Translations under genes and position numbers: made by a program
In this document: piece by piece, positions 21,998 to 32,048 of the stretch
How the letters are laid out: every line of letters begins with the position of its first letter
How positions within the stretch are numbered: position 1 is the first letter of the stretch
The notes under the pieces: model-generated
Databases searched by the model: none
The model's input: only the letters and a program-made list of their open reading frames with translations
Told to the model about the DNA's origin: nothing
Source of the DNA: Naegleria gruberi
Taxonomy: Eukaryota
Assembly: GCA_000004985.1 (NCBI GenBank)
Contig: GG738857.1
DNA: 64,000 nt
Strand: one strand, 5' to 3'

Positions 21998-23620
21998 GCA
22001 GATCATCAACAACACATGCAACATTATTTGGACAATTCCGGTGCTGGTCATCATTCCATGAATGTTGGTGGTCAATCCAACAATACAATTTCCTCCACTG
22101 CAAGTCATTATGTATTTGGTGGTGGAAGTAGTCAAGCTACTTCTACACTTCAACCTCTTCCAAATACCTCATCCTTGTTGAGTGGTGCAAGTGGAAACCA
22201 GCATGTTGTAGGAAACAATCAACATACAAATAATGGTCAATCTTCTACAACCTCAATACAAATACAATTACAGCAACTACAACAATATCAACAACAAAGA
22301 TATGGTACTAATAATACAACTCAACAATTGCCTTCCATGAATGCCTACCCATCTCAGCAAAATCAAGAAGATGACCAGTTGGCTGATTGGATGAATGAAC
22401 AACCTTCTAGAATGTTGCAACAACAAGAACTTCCTCCATTTGAGAATGATTTTGGATTTGATGGATGGTTCCAATCTGAGGAGAATCTTAATAATGTTCT
22501 ATCTCAACAATTGACTAATGGTTACTTCCAGAACTCAATGATGGGTAACTTGAACAACCAAGGTGCACAAGATATGGACAACTACCAATCAAGACAAATG
22601 GGACTCGGTTCCAACTTTAACCTTAATTCTGTGTCAGGTAATTTAATGCAAAATGGTCAACCAAATTTTGTAATGGACGATCCAAACTTTAATGTCTGGG
22701 GTGATGCTGGAGATTTAGATTTGGATGAAGGATTACTGAACAAACACCAAGGTAATCCACTCTTTGGCGGTACTCAACTCTTTACCAATCATACAATGTC
22801 GACAACTGAATCTAAGGGCGTGACTAGTATAACAGCATTGGCAAATAGTTTGAATTTCAGTGAATCTCCTCAAATGAAAAAGACAAGGAAATCGAAGAAG
22901 ACCAACAACTTAACAGAACACTATCAACAAAATGGCTTTGATGAATCTTATGAACAAAACATTTTAGATATGGACAATGAAAGCTTTAAGAATTATGTTA
23001 ACGGTTTGTATGGTGAAAAGGGAAAGAAGAAGAATAAGACTCAAATTCCATTCAATGAAGAAGACTTTTCAAAACTACTCCTAGCCAAGGAAAGAATTAC
23101 AGAACTGTACCACCAATGCCAGCAGGACAACATGAGTCTAGTCAACTCAGTGATGAGTCAATACACACCATCCATGGAGATGGATGATTCTTTAAGTAAC
23201 GAAATGAAAGAACTCTATGCCAAGGTTAACGCCAAACTGGACTATAAGAACACTGAGAATAAGAACCACTGTGAACAAGTGCTCAAGAAACTCATCTATG
23301 AATGGGTTGACATGGTTAAGGCTCAAAAAACAGTGGTCAGTTCAGACAAGACTAGTAATGATTCTTCCAACAAATCGAGCAAAAAATCAAAGAGTGCCAA
23401 CAGAAGACTTCCTAATGAAGCTAAGAAAGTTTTAGAAAATTGGTTCTTGGAACACTACAAGCATCCTTACCCAACCAATGAAGAAAAACAATGGCTAAGT
23501 GATCAAACTCAACTCAACCTCACTCAAATCAATAACTGGTTTATTAACAAGAGAGGGCGATCTCTCAAATTGGTGAAGGAAAAATTAAGGACTGAAACTG
23601 ATGATGGAGAAGAAGAATAA
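21998..23620 (+). CDS. TALE-class homeodomain protein (5' end lost in the gap)
   Basis: C-terminal homeodomain with a 3-aa loop extension and the WFINKRGR helix-3 (KRRLPNEAKKVLENWFLEHYKHPYPTNEEKQWLSDQTQLNLTQINNWFINKR); long Q/N-rich N-terminus. Confidence 0.8.
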   Translation, partial: ADHQQHMQHYLDNSGAGHHSMNVGGQSNNTISSTASHYVFGGGSSQATSTLQPLPNTSSLLSGASGNQHVVGNNQHTNNGQSSTTSIQIQLQQLQQYQQQRYGTNNTTQQLPSMNAYPSQQNQEDDQLADWMNEQPSRMLQQQELPPFENDFGFDGWFQSEENLNNVLSQQLTNGYFQNSMMGNLNNQGAQDMDNYQSRQMGLGSNFNLNSVSGNLMQNGQPNFVMDDPNFNVWGDAGDLDLDEGLLNKHQGNPLFGGTQLFTNHTMSTTESKGVTSITALANSLNFSESPQMKKTRKSKKTNNLTEHYQQNGFDESYEQNILDMDNESFKNYVNGLYGEKGKKKNKTQIPFNEEDFSKLLLAKERITELYHQCQQDNMSLVNSVMSQYTPSMEMDDSLSNEMKELYAKVNAKLDYKNTENKNHCEQVLKKLIYEWVDMVKAQKTVVSSDKTSNDSSNKSSKKSKSANRRLPNEAKKVLENWFLEHYKHPYPTNEEKQWLSDQTQLNLTQINNWFINKRGRSLKLVKEKLRTETDDGEEE

Positions 23621-23690
23621 ATCAAAACTAAAATTTACATTGTAACAATCCTTCTATTCCGATAATTTCTGGAAATTAAATTAAAAAAAA

Positions 23691-24701
23691 ATGAGCATAA
23701 CGGAACCATTGATTGTTGATCGTATTTTAAAGTATTGTCATCATTCTGATTGGAAGGTGGTCAAGCCATTTCTTATAAGCAAACAATTTCATGAGGTGTT
23801 TAACAATTTTACTTTTGCCAAGGATTATTTGATCAATTTATTCCAACTATCGGAATATCAAATTAATCTCCTAAGTGAAGCAATTACCTATTTTTCATCA
23901 CAACAATCTGGTAGTGCTGAAACAGACAATGGATGTAAAAAACCAAAGAAGAAAAAGAGGAAAACAATTAAATTTGAAAAGTATGAAAATGTTGATCAGG
24001 TTTATATGGGAATTTTAGAACTTTATGTAAAATGTAATTTGAAAAATCAAGATAGTGAAGTTAGAAGAGCAAATAAGAGGCTGCAGAAGAATTTTAGTAA
24101 CATGTTGGGTGAATGGAAGATGGACAGATTTAATTTCACAGCTGATTTGAATGATATGATCTCCAATCACAAGGGAATTTTCATGACTGAGTTTGAGATT
24201 TCGAGTCCTGGCTTCTACAGTTACGGAGGTATCACTCAACGCTCAGAGTTTGTGTTATTCACTCATTGTGGGTTTCCTCTAACTTTCAGAAATCAGTACT
24301 CAACTTATTTAGAACTAGATCATTGCTGTTGTGATGTTACGGAAATTTGTGGTTTCAGAAATATTTGTAACAAGCGGTTTGATAGAGGAGGTGAAGAAGA
24401 ATTGTTTCGTCATGCACTCTCATACTCTGGGCACAATGGGACTCAAAATATGGGCACACAATTTTCTGAAAGAGCTTTTAATGGAATATTAATGACATTA
24501 TTCCATCATGCTGAAAATTACTTTGGAGGTTATGATTCACAAGAAGGTTTCGAACAGGAGAAAATACTGGGAACAATGCTATACGAAATTTTAAATTGCT
24601 CACTTGTTGCCTCAGATAATGGTAAGAGCTTCTTTGCTGAGAAATTTCAAGAGGAGGATGACTTTGAAGGTTTACCTTTTTACTCTAGGAACCGTTACTG
24701 A
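23691..24701 (+). CDS. hypothetical protein with possible N-terminal F-box-like motif
   Basis: 336-aa ORF; LIVDRILKYC...W.....FLISKQF pattern. Confidence 0.45.
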   Translation: MSITEPLIVDRILKYCHHSDWKVVKPFLISKQFHEVFNNFTFAKDYLINLFQLSEYQINLLSEAITYFSSQQSGSAETDNGCKKPKKKKRKTIKFEKYENVDQVYMGILELYVKCNLKNQDSEVRRANKRLQKNFSNMLGEWKMDRFNFTADLNDMISNHKGIFMTEFEISSPGFYSYGGITQRSEFVLFTHCGFPLTFRNQYSTYLELDHCCCDVTEICGFRNICNKRFDRGGEEELFRHALSYSGHNGTQNMGTQFSERAFNGILMTLFHHAENYFGGYDSQEGFEQEKILGTMLYEILNCSLVASDNGKSFFAEKFQEEDDFEGLPFYSRNRY

Positions 24702-24849
24702 TATTCATAGTACTATTCAGATGTTCCTTTTTTACACCATTGTGTTTTCAATTAATTGGAATAAAGTTAAAATTTGAAAATCTGATGGGCTCCAAACACG
24801 TTCACAATGTTGATATTCCTGTGGCTGATTTAATATGAAGGAAGTCGTT

Positions 24850-25298
24850 GTTTTTAAAAAGACAAAAGACTACAGCACCACAGGTTCCCAAGTTGTCTCC
24901 AACCTCAGTACTGATGTGGCTCGACGATGCTTAACTTCTCAAATCGGACGGGATGAGGTGCATTCATCGTGATATGGCCGTAGCCATTAAATTCCTTAAT
25001 ATCTGAATTATAAATATATTATCTATACTAAATTGAACGTTTTCAGACCTCAAGTTGTTAATTCAGTTCTCCAGTCTGGACGTTTGATTGCTGATGCATG
25101 TGAATCATTCGCCGAACATTGTATTGATGGATTCAAGCTAACGAACCAAAGATTAAGGAATATGTCCAAAACTCCTTAATGTTGGTAACTGCCTTGAACA
25201 CAATTATTGGGAATGCAAAGAAGGCCTACCAAGAAAATATCAGCTTGAAGCAAGCTTGTTTGGACCTCAATTTTCTTACCAATTATTCCTTTCATTAA
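24850..25298 (+). pseudogene. class II fumarase (fumarate hydratase / aspartase family) C-terminal fragment, frameshifted and truncated
   Basis: After a TTTTCAG acceptor at 25041-25046 the frame reads ...NVFRPQVVNSVLQSGRLIADACESFAEHCIDG. A 1-nt slip near 25130 then gives [28 protein letters not shown]..., collinear with the FH C-terminus (FELNVFKP...GIQAN...[21 protein letters not shown]). No upstream lyase domain fits, because the previous gene ends at 24701. Confidence 0.55.
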
Positions 25299-25494
25299 AA
25301 GTTATCAGGTTTCTAATTTGTTTGATAAGAAATTTTATCAATTCTAATAAGTTTCTTTCCAATAATTTATTATTCAATTTACCAACAACGTTACTCTTTA
25401 AAACTGGACTACCTTAATGCATCGAAAGTAAAATGTTGTCAGATTTATAAAAACGAAGGAAATTGAATTGAGTTTCTGGAGGCTAAAAAACAGA

Positions 25495-25568
25495 TACCGA
25501 CAATGGGGCTCGAACCCACGACCCCAGGATTAGAAGTCCTGTGCTCTATCCAACTGAGCTATGACGGC
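25495..25568 (-). tRNA. tRNA-Arg (anticodon UCU)
   Basis: Minus-strand cloverleaf: acceptor GCCGTCA, D arm GCTC-AGTTGGATA-GAGC, anticodon stem CAGGA/TCCTG with loop CTTCTAA, T arm GTGGG-TTCGAGC-CCCAT. There is one U-U mismatch in the acceptor stem. Confidence 0.8.
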
Positions 25569-25980
25569 TTCACATTGAAATACATTAAGGGTGGATGGCT
25601 CACTAAATACAATTAGTCGGCTGGGAGAATAGAATGATCGGAATGAATGGTAATGCATACTTGGAGAAATGGTTACCATAGCGAATCATTTGACAAGGTG
25701 CAAAATTCATTTTTCTGATTCAGGACCAACTTCAATCACACGATAGGAGTAATGGACACTGTTTAAACTCTTGGAAGTAAGGGTTAGCTTTTCAGGGATC
25801 AAACTAGAGTCACAATAATACCTATAAAAATCGTTGGCTATTTTTATTAAGGTTAAATAAATAAATTTAAAATTGTGGAAGGAGAGTATTAACTGGATGT
25901 TAATACTTCATCTCCATGTGGACGAATCCAATAAAAATACAATAATGGTTTTTTTCCGAATTGAGCAGTTTTATTAGATT

Positions 25981-26975
25981 TCAATCATTGCAATTATAGT
26001 ATTTATCATAGTCATAATCATAATAAAAATCATCAGAATAATCTTCTTCATAGTGCTCAAGAATTGGTTGTTCCCATTTCTTTCGATCTTCCAAAAAAGT
26101 ACTCATGTAATAGTACTCGTTACTGAAATATAGAGCTGTGGATGGTTTTTCAATAATGAATGAACAAACTAAGTTGAACGTATCTCCACACAACTGAACA
26201 AGAGGATGTCCACGAAGAATTGGATTGGCATTTGGTTCTTTTCCCTTTTCCCTTATTAGGAATGCAGGTTTCACATCTTTCCATGTTTGTTCCTTTCTTT
26301 TCTGTTGATAACATTTCTTGAACTCTTCTTTCACTTCATTGCTCTTCACTCTATTTTCCAAATCCTTGAAATCTATTGCACCTAGAAACTGACATTTTGA
26401 ATACAGAGCTTTGATTATTTCCACTTTTGGATTTTCAACACAATGATGCATCAAATCATCACAATTCAAACCATATATTGCTGTTTTGAACAACATTTTG
26501 AACATTTCCACATTTCCAAGCTCTACAGCTACATAAATGGCTCTCAACTTATTCACATTTCTCTGTTGTGTCTGAAGTAACCATTTCAATAGTTGAACTT
26601 TTCCACTTTTGACCGATTTTGTAAGTGGATCTTCTTTACAATCATCAACAACGTATCTCATTCTCTGTTTCTGATTGCAATTGCGATAGAGAAATTTGGC
26701 AATTTCCAAATTTCCACTCTCACACGCAGCAAGGAATGGTGTCTTCTTTCGGTTGTCCTTTGTTAGAAGTTGTGAGCCAGCATGGAATAAACATTGAACA
26801 ATTTCCAAGTGGGTTTTACATTTGCATGCATGAATTAATGGAGTGGAGCCATCTTTTGTTCTCACACTCATTAGGTTTCTATTGGAGGAGGAGATTCGTT
26901 TAACTTCCTCACATTGATTGTTTGATATGCATTCAATCAATTCATTAAATTGTTCTAAAGACATTTTTTGCACCA
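25981..26975 (-). CDS. ankyrin-repeat protein; probable start MVQKMSLEQF near 26975, and the ORF-track N-terminal extension looks like UTR
   Basis: Ankyrin repeats (GSTPLIHACKCKTHLEIVQCLFHAGSQLLTKDNRKKTPFLAACESGNLEIAKFL). Confidence 0.65.
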
Positions 26976-27483
26976 TGACTATGTTAGTTGACTTTGTCGA
27001 ATGACATTTAACAACTATTGTGACTTCCCAACACCAACTAATTTTAACTTGTGAATTCAAAGCAAATAAATTATGAAAATTAACAAGCCAACTGTTGAAG
27101 TGTCTTTTACAACTCATAATCTCAATATTTATTAAATTGCATTTAGTTAATAATGTTATATTTCCAGGTGTTTGTTCACAAAGAACAAAACCAAGTAAGG
27201 TGTGAATCAACATTAAGCAAAAACCAATGAATTTAAAAAAAAATTTAAAATTATAAAATGAAAAACAAAATGATTGGAATGTATCAAATATCGCACACAA
27301 CCAGCGATTTTTGATATCTCTTCGCTAAGAGAACCTTTCAAAGAGTTGTACTGGAGGAAAGCAGTGAGAGGTTTTTTTACGCGGTGGAATATTTAGATTG
27401 GTTAAAAAACCAGCCTCGGCAAGTGAGCACAACGCTCGTGGATTTTCTCATCAATTTATTATTTATTTCTGGATACAGCAAGA

Positions 27484-30400
27484 ATGAAATGTCTAGCATT
27501 CAATAATGGCTTGTTATTGTTGTTGGTCATTATGATGATGATGACAACAATTTCAACAATTAGAAGTGAAGTTACTTGTTTCAACAAGAGGAAAATTACT
27601 ATGAAGTTTAAATCATCAGCGATGGGACAAACGTGTGATGGAGAGGCTGCATGCTTTTCTAAACAAAATACCAGATTGGAAACTAATTTTGATGTTCCTA
27701 AAGACCCTTGGACAGATTTTGATCTATCTAAATACTATGTTTTAGCTACGTCTGGCTCATTGAGAGCAACTGTTAGTAGTGTTTTTAATCCTTGTCTTTC
27801 TGATTCTTCAAATTTGAATTCAACTTCTTCATTTAGTATCAATGGTCAACCTGTTTATATTGGTAGAAAGAATTTAGGTAAAGACTTTGTTACTTACAAA
27901 TGTATCAGTAGAGGAAGTTGTAGTGAAACTTTTTCAGCTACTTCCAGTGATGAGGAATATCCATATTCTGGGTTTTTAAATTTGACATCTTCTGGAAATA
28001 CAGCTGTTTTGGAATATAGTGATCCATCAACAGATCTTTGTGTGTATAGTTTGGATTTTACCTTTTGCTATATGTCAAAGAATTACATTATATATGATTT
28101 AAGATTGCAAGTAGATGATATCACAACAAAACCTCTCAAAATTATTTCTCCAAAAACCATGGAAAGTCTTAAACAGGATGTTCTCATACCTCAATCATAT
28201 GACCCTCTGCAAAATGGATATTCTGACAAGTTTACTAGAAAGATTAAAATTACAAACAAGTTAATTGTGCAGACAGGTCTTAACTTATTTAATTTGAAAA
28301 TCTTTCCAAATAACGCCAATTTTAAAGATCCACTAGTTGTTGATATTATTTCAATTACTAAGGAAAAGACAATTGACGGAAGTATAATCAGCCAAGATAT
28401 TTCTGGAAAGTACCAAATTTCAAACAGATCACTTTCTGATTACAATATCAAATTTAACACATCCCTCTCTGTGGATGAAATAATTACTGTTCAATTAACC
28501 CTTGGTGTCAACGGCGAAATTACATCATCAGTTTATGACATGAACATGAATTACAGAATTGAAACGATAGACGAGAATACCTATAATTTACAAGATACCA
28601 CAATAATGGATGGTGTCTATTATTTCAGAAGATCAGATATTACTGCTACCTATGATACAAACCAAAAGATAGCTGCAAAGAGTTTAGTTTCTGACATGGT
28701 CTCTCTTGAGTATGTAAGCGAATCTGAAGAGGATGGAAAATGTTACCTACAAGTTAATACATTGTATGGCTCTTCTTCAGATAAATTTTCTGGACTCTTA
28801 TTTATTTATTCCAGTAAAACTGGAAAACAATATTCCATGAAATTTGGACAAGATTATACACTCGATAAGAGTACCAAACAGATTGGTCAGTATATAATTC
28901 CACCTGAATTACTCGATTGCTCATCTGTTGGAGTTAAAACTAATATTTATTTTAAATGGGTGGTTCTCTCTTCAAATTCATATACAACAACTGAACCATC
29001 TGCCAACTTCCAAATTGCTATTTCCAAGAAGAGTATTATCTTTGTCAATGATCTTGCCAATGCCAACATAGAACTTACCTTTTCTCAACGGTATGAGAGC
29101 AATGTAATTCTCCTAAAGTCAAATCCACCAAATATGATTGTTCCTTACGATGTTATACTTAAAAACTCGTATTCATCATCTGCATCACCATTTGCTTCAT
29201 ACTTGTCCTATTCAGTGCCTCTCTCATGGTTAGATAATAGCCCAATGAACTTGAATCCTGTTAGTTATCCACAATTATCTACAGACTTTTCTGCCAGTGA
29301 AATCTATTTGAAAACAGGAATGTATTTCGGATTTATAGAAAAAAGTTGTAGTGTTCTTCCATGTAAAAGTTCAATTAACTTCCAGCTTAACAGTCAATTG
29401 GCTAATCCTCAATCTATTGCTGTAGATACAACCATCAAAGTTTCTCAATCAGGATACAGATCAAGTGGATATATAACAGCTGTTTCAATCCCTTCCTCTT
29501 TAGCTAGAGCAGCTAGCTCGTCAAAATTTAATTTAAGAGTACTAGCTGAAGTGAAAGAGACATATTATAATTCCTACTCAACCAAAAATCCGTATTATTT
29601 GCAAGTGAGTAAGGGATCTGTTGGAATGACTCAAAATCCACCTTACAATTCAACTTTTGGGCAACAAATAGCCTCCCAAAACTACTTGACCACTGATAAG
29701 TGTGCTTCCACCTCATCGACTGGTTATTTAACAGTTAATATTCCGATTCGTGATGAAAGTGACTATGGAACTTGGTACATAGCCTTTTTTGTAGATCCTA
29801 ATTCTTCCTTTGATGTGAAATATACCATTAATTTGATGAGTAACATAATCCCATTGAAATTGTCTACTACTTCTTCAAAGGCAGCTCTTACCTACACTCC
29901 AATTTCTTCAGTAATATATGGTTTGCAGTTCAGTTCAGAAACAAATTCTGACTCATCATTACTACTAACATTCGATGGATATAGTTTGGAAACAAATTCA
30001 TTTGAAGGAAGTGGTATTCAAGTATTTTTAAAACATGGGTCTATGCCCACAGAGAACGATTATGATGTATTATCTCCAGTGTTAACTGGAAGTCTTTCAT
30101 TCATTGCTCGCTTCGTATATTCAGACAAAGTTACTTTCAGATATTTGATGGATAATTCATATTATTCTGATCCAGCAGAAAGGATTAAATACCCAGAGGA
30201 TTATTACAAGACTTCCATACTTTCAAATTCAAAACTTGATTCCAGCACCCTCTATGTATTGATAAAGAGAGTTCCATCAGGACAAGGCTATACGAATTGT
30301 GTTAGTAGCTCTTATATTGTTTCCCCAAGTTCTTCCTATATTGCTTACCAGTACAGTTCATCTCCTTCAGTTGTTGGAGGATATCTAGAGAAAATGAAAT

Positions 30401-31809
30401 CACAAGTTATCAGTGTGAATCCAGATGTAATAGGTGCAAACCTTGCAATTTCCAATGGTAATCAACTAATGATTGACTTTAATCAAGAAACAATAATTCC
30501 TAATTACGCATCCAAACCAACCATTGTTAGTTACGATGGAAAGAAATTAGAAATTCTTGTTGATCAAAATTCCACAATTAATTCTGACTCTATTTCAGTA
30601 TCTGCCTATACGTTTAAATATTATATTTGGGGGAAATCAGGCCAAACACCAACAGTATCTTTTAGATATTCTATTAATGCCAAACTAAGTGTTGATGAGA
30701 AATCTGGAAAATACTCTCAACAAGTATTCATCGTTTTCCCAGTTAAGAGTGGATATGTTACTCAAGACTCTCCGTATGACACAATTGTTAGAATTAACAG
30801 TAGATATCAACCATCAACATACCTTATTGAAAGTCTCACACCATCTATTATTGCCACAGCCATTGTGGTTGGTATTAGTTTCATTATGAGTTGCATTTAT
30901 TTTGTTTGGTCTGTTTTTATTGTTGTCGTAAAGAGAGGAGAATTTAATTTTGGAACAGTAAGTCCTCAAATGTGGCTTGGCTGTTTGTGTCCAGCTTCTC
31001 TACCAGTTTCTATCTGTTATTTCTACTACTTTGCTCACGAAGGTTTTCAGCAAAAGCTTGCATCACCACCTGTAAAAAGAAGAAGAAGGACTAGAATTTT
31101 AATTGCCCTCTCTATTATTTCATTCACTATTGGAGTTCTATTTGGATTATATTTGTATGGACATGTGGCATTTAATCATCTTGGATTAGAATTATCAGCT
31201 CATTTCAATTTATATACTTTGGGAAAACGTACCACTGATTCTACCTATTCTTCATCGAACCTTATTCCTTGTTGTGCCCAAACTAGAACAGGTACATCCA
31301 AAGATAAGCAATTCAGGACATACTTTGGGGTTGAATCAAGTACCTTTACACCAAAATTTTCAGGGGGAAGATTGGATTGTATTAAGGACCTTGATAGTAT
31401 TGTTAGAGATGCCTTGAGAAGTAAATTCGTTTTGGATGAAATTAATGGACAAAAATATGAACCACCAACTGATAGCGCCATCCAAAAGACAAGCTATGGC
31501 TATTCAAATGCCTTTCAGATGGCTACAGTTTATTGTGTAGGAAACTCAGTTGTACTAATGAAAGCAGACGATTCCTATAACGAATATGGTATTCCAGGAG
31601 CATTCCTTTCTGTTTTCCCAATACTTTATTCATTCTATTTAATTATCCTTGTAATATTCGAAAAGATATTTGGTGATGGAAGAAAGTTGAGTGAATCAAA
31701 TAATGACCAAATTGGAAGAACAACTTTACTATTAGGCAACAATACTGGCTATGAACCAAATACTAATGAAGCCTCTTACAATCCAAACATTCAAAGTACT
31801 GAACAATAA
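27484..31809 (+). CDS. large secreted/transmembrane glycoprotein (signal peptide, ~1100-aa Ser/Thr/Asn-rich ectodomain, C-terminal ~4-TM region); lineage-specific
   Basis: 1441-aa single ORF. N-terminal hydrophobic signal (LLLLLVIMMMMTTISTIRS), many N-glycosylation sequons, C-terminal hydrophobic helices. Confidence 0.65.
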   Translation: MKCLAFNNGLLLLLVIMMMMTTISTIRSEVTCFNKRKITMKFKSSAMGQTCDGEAACFSKQNTRLETNFDVPKDPWTDFDLSKYYVLATSGSLRATVSSVFNPCLSDSSNLNSTSSFSINGQPVYIGRKNLGKDFVTYKCISRGSCSETFSATSSDEEYPYSGFLNLTSSGNTAVLEYSDPSTDLCVYSLDFTFCYMSKNYIIYDLRLQVDDITTKPLKIISPKTMESLKQDVLIPQSYDPLQNGYSDKFTRKIKITNKLIVQTGLNLFNLKIFPNNANFKDPLVVDIISITKEKTIDGSIISQDISGKYQISNRSLSDYNIKFNTSLSVDEIITVQLTLGVNGEITSSVYDMNMNYRIETIDENTYNLQDTTIMDGVYYFRRSDITATYDTNQKIAAKSLVSDMVSLEYVSESEEDGKCYLQVNTLYGSSSDKFSGLLFIYSSKTGKQYSMKFGQDYTLDKSTKQIGQYIIPPELLDCSSVGVKTNIYFKWVVLSSNSYTTTEPSANFQIAISKKSIIFVNDLANANIELTFSQRYESNVILLKSNPPNMIVPYDVILKNSYSSSASPFASYLSYSVPLSWLDNSPMNLNPVSYPQLSTDFSASEIYLKTGMYFGFIEKSCSVLPCKSSINFQLNSQLANPQSIAVDTTIKVSQSGYRSSGYITAVSIPSSLARAASSSKFNLRVLAEVKETYYNSYSTKNPYYLQVSKGSVGMTQNPPYNSTFGQQIASQNYLTTDKCASTSSTGYLTVNIPIRDESDYGTWYIAFFVDPNSSFDVKYTINLMSNIIPLKLSTTSSKAALTYTPISSVIYGLQFSSETNSDSSLLLTFDGYSLETNSFEGSGIQVFLKHGSMPTENDYDVLSPVLTGSLSFIARFVYSDKVTFRYLMDNSYYSDPAERIKYPEDYYKTSILSNSKLDSSTLYVLIKRVPSGQGYTNCVSSSYIVSPSSSYIAYQYSSSPSVVGGYLEKMKSQVISVNPDVIGANLAISNGNQLMIDFNQETIIPNYASKPTIVSYDGKKLEILVDQNSTINSDSISVSAYTFKYYIWGKSGQTPTVSFRYSINAKLSVDEKSGKYSQQVFIVFPVKSGYVTQDSPYDTIVRINSRYQPSTYLIESLTPSIIATAIVVGISFIMSCIYFVWSVFIVVVKRGEFNFGTVSPQMWLGCLCPASLPVSICYFYYFAHEGFQQKLASPPVKRRRRTRILIALSIISFTIGVLFGLYLYGHVAFNHLGLELSAHFNLYTLGKRTTDSTYSSSNLIPCCAQTRTGTSKDKQFRTYFGVESSTFTPKFSGGRLDCIKDLDSIVRDALRSKFVLDEINGQKYEPPTDSAIQKTSYGYSNAFQMATVYCVGNSVVLMKADDSYNEYGIPGAFLSVFPILYSFYLIILVIFEKIFGDGRKLSESNNDQIGRTTLLLGNNTGYEPNTNEASYNPNIQSTEQ

Positions 31810-32048
31810 ATATTCATATATCAGAAGAATAAAATCATATATTCGAAGGAGTTCAATACTTGGTAATGTTAATTATTGAAATTGAAAACTCCAAATATGT
31901 ACAATAATAATTCAGTAAGGGTTCTCTCTTCTTCAGTTTGAAATAAGAAGGGTAGATAAATTTTAGGTGTTCAATGCTCATATTAGTAGGAATGAGCAAC
32001 GAATGATGACATTTTAAAATTTCTGTCAAGTTTCAAGAATAATAAAAA

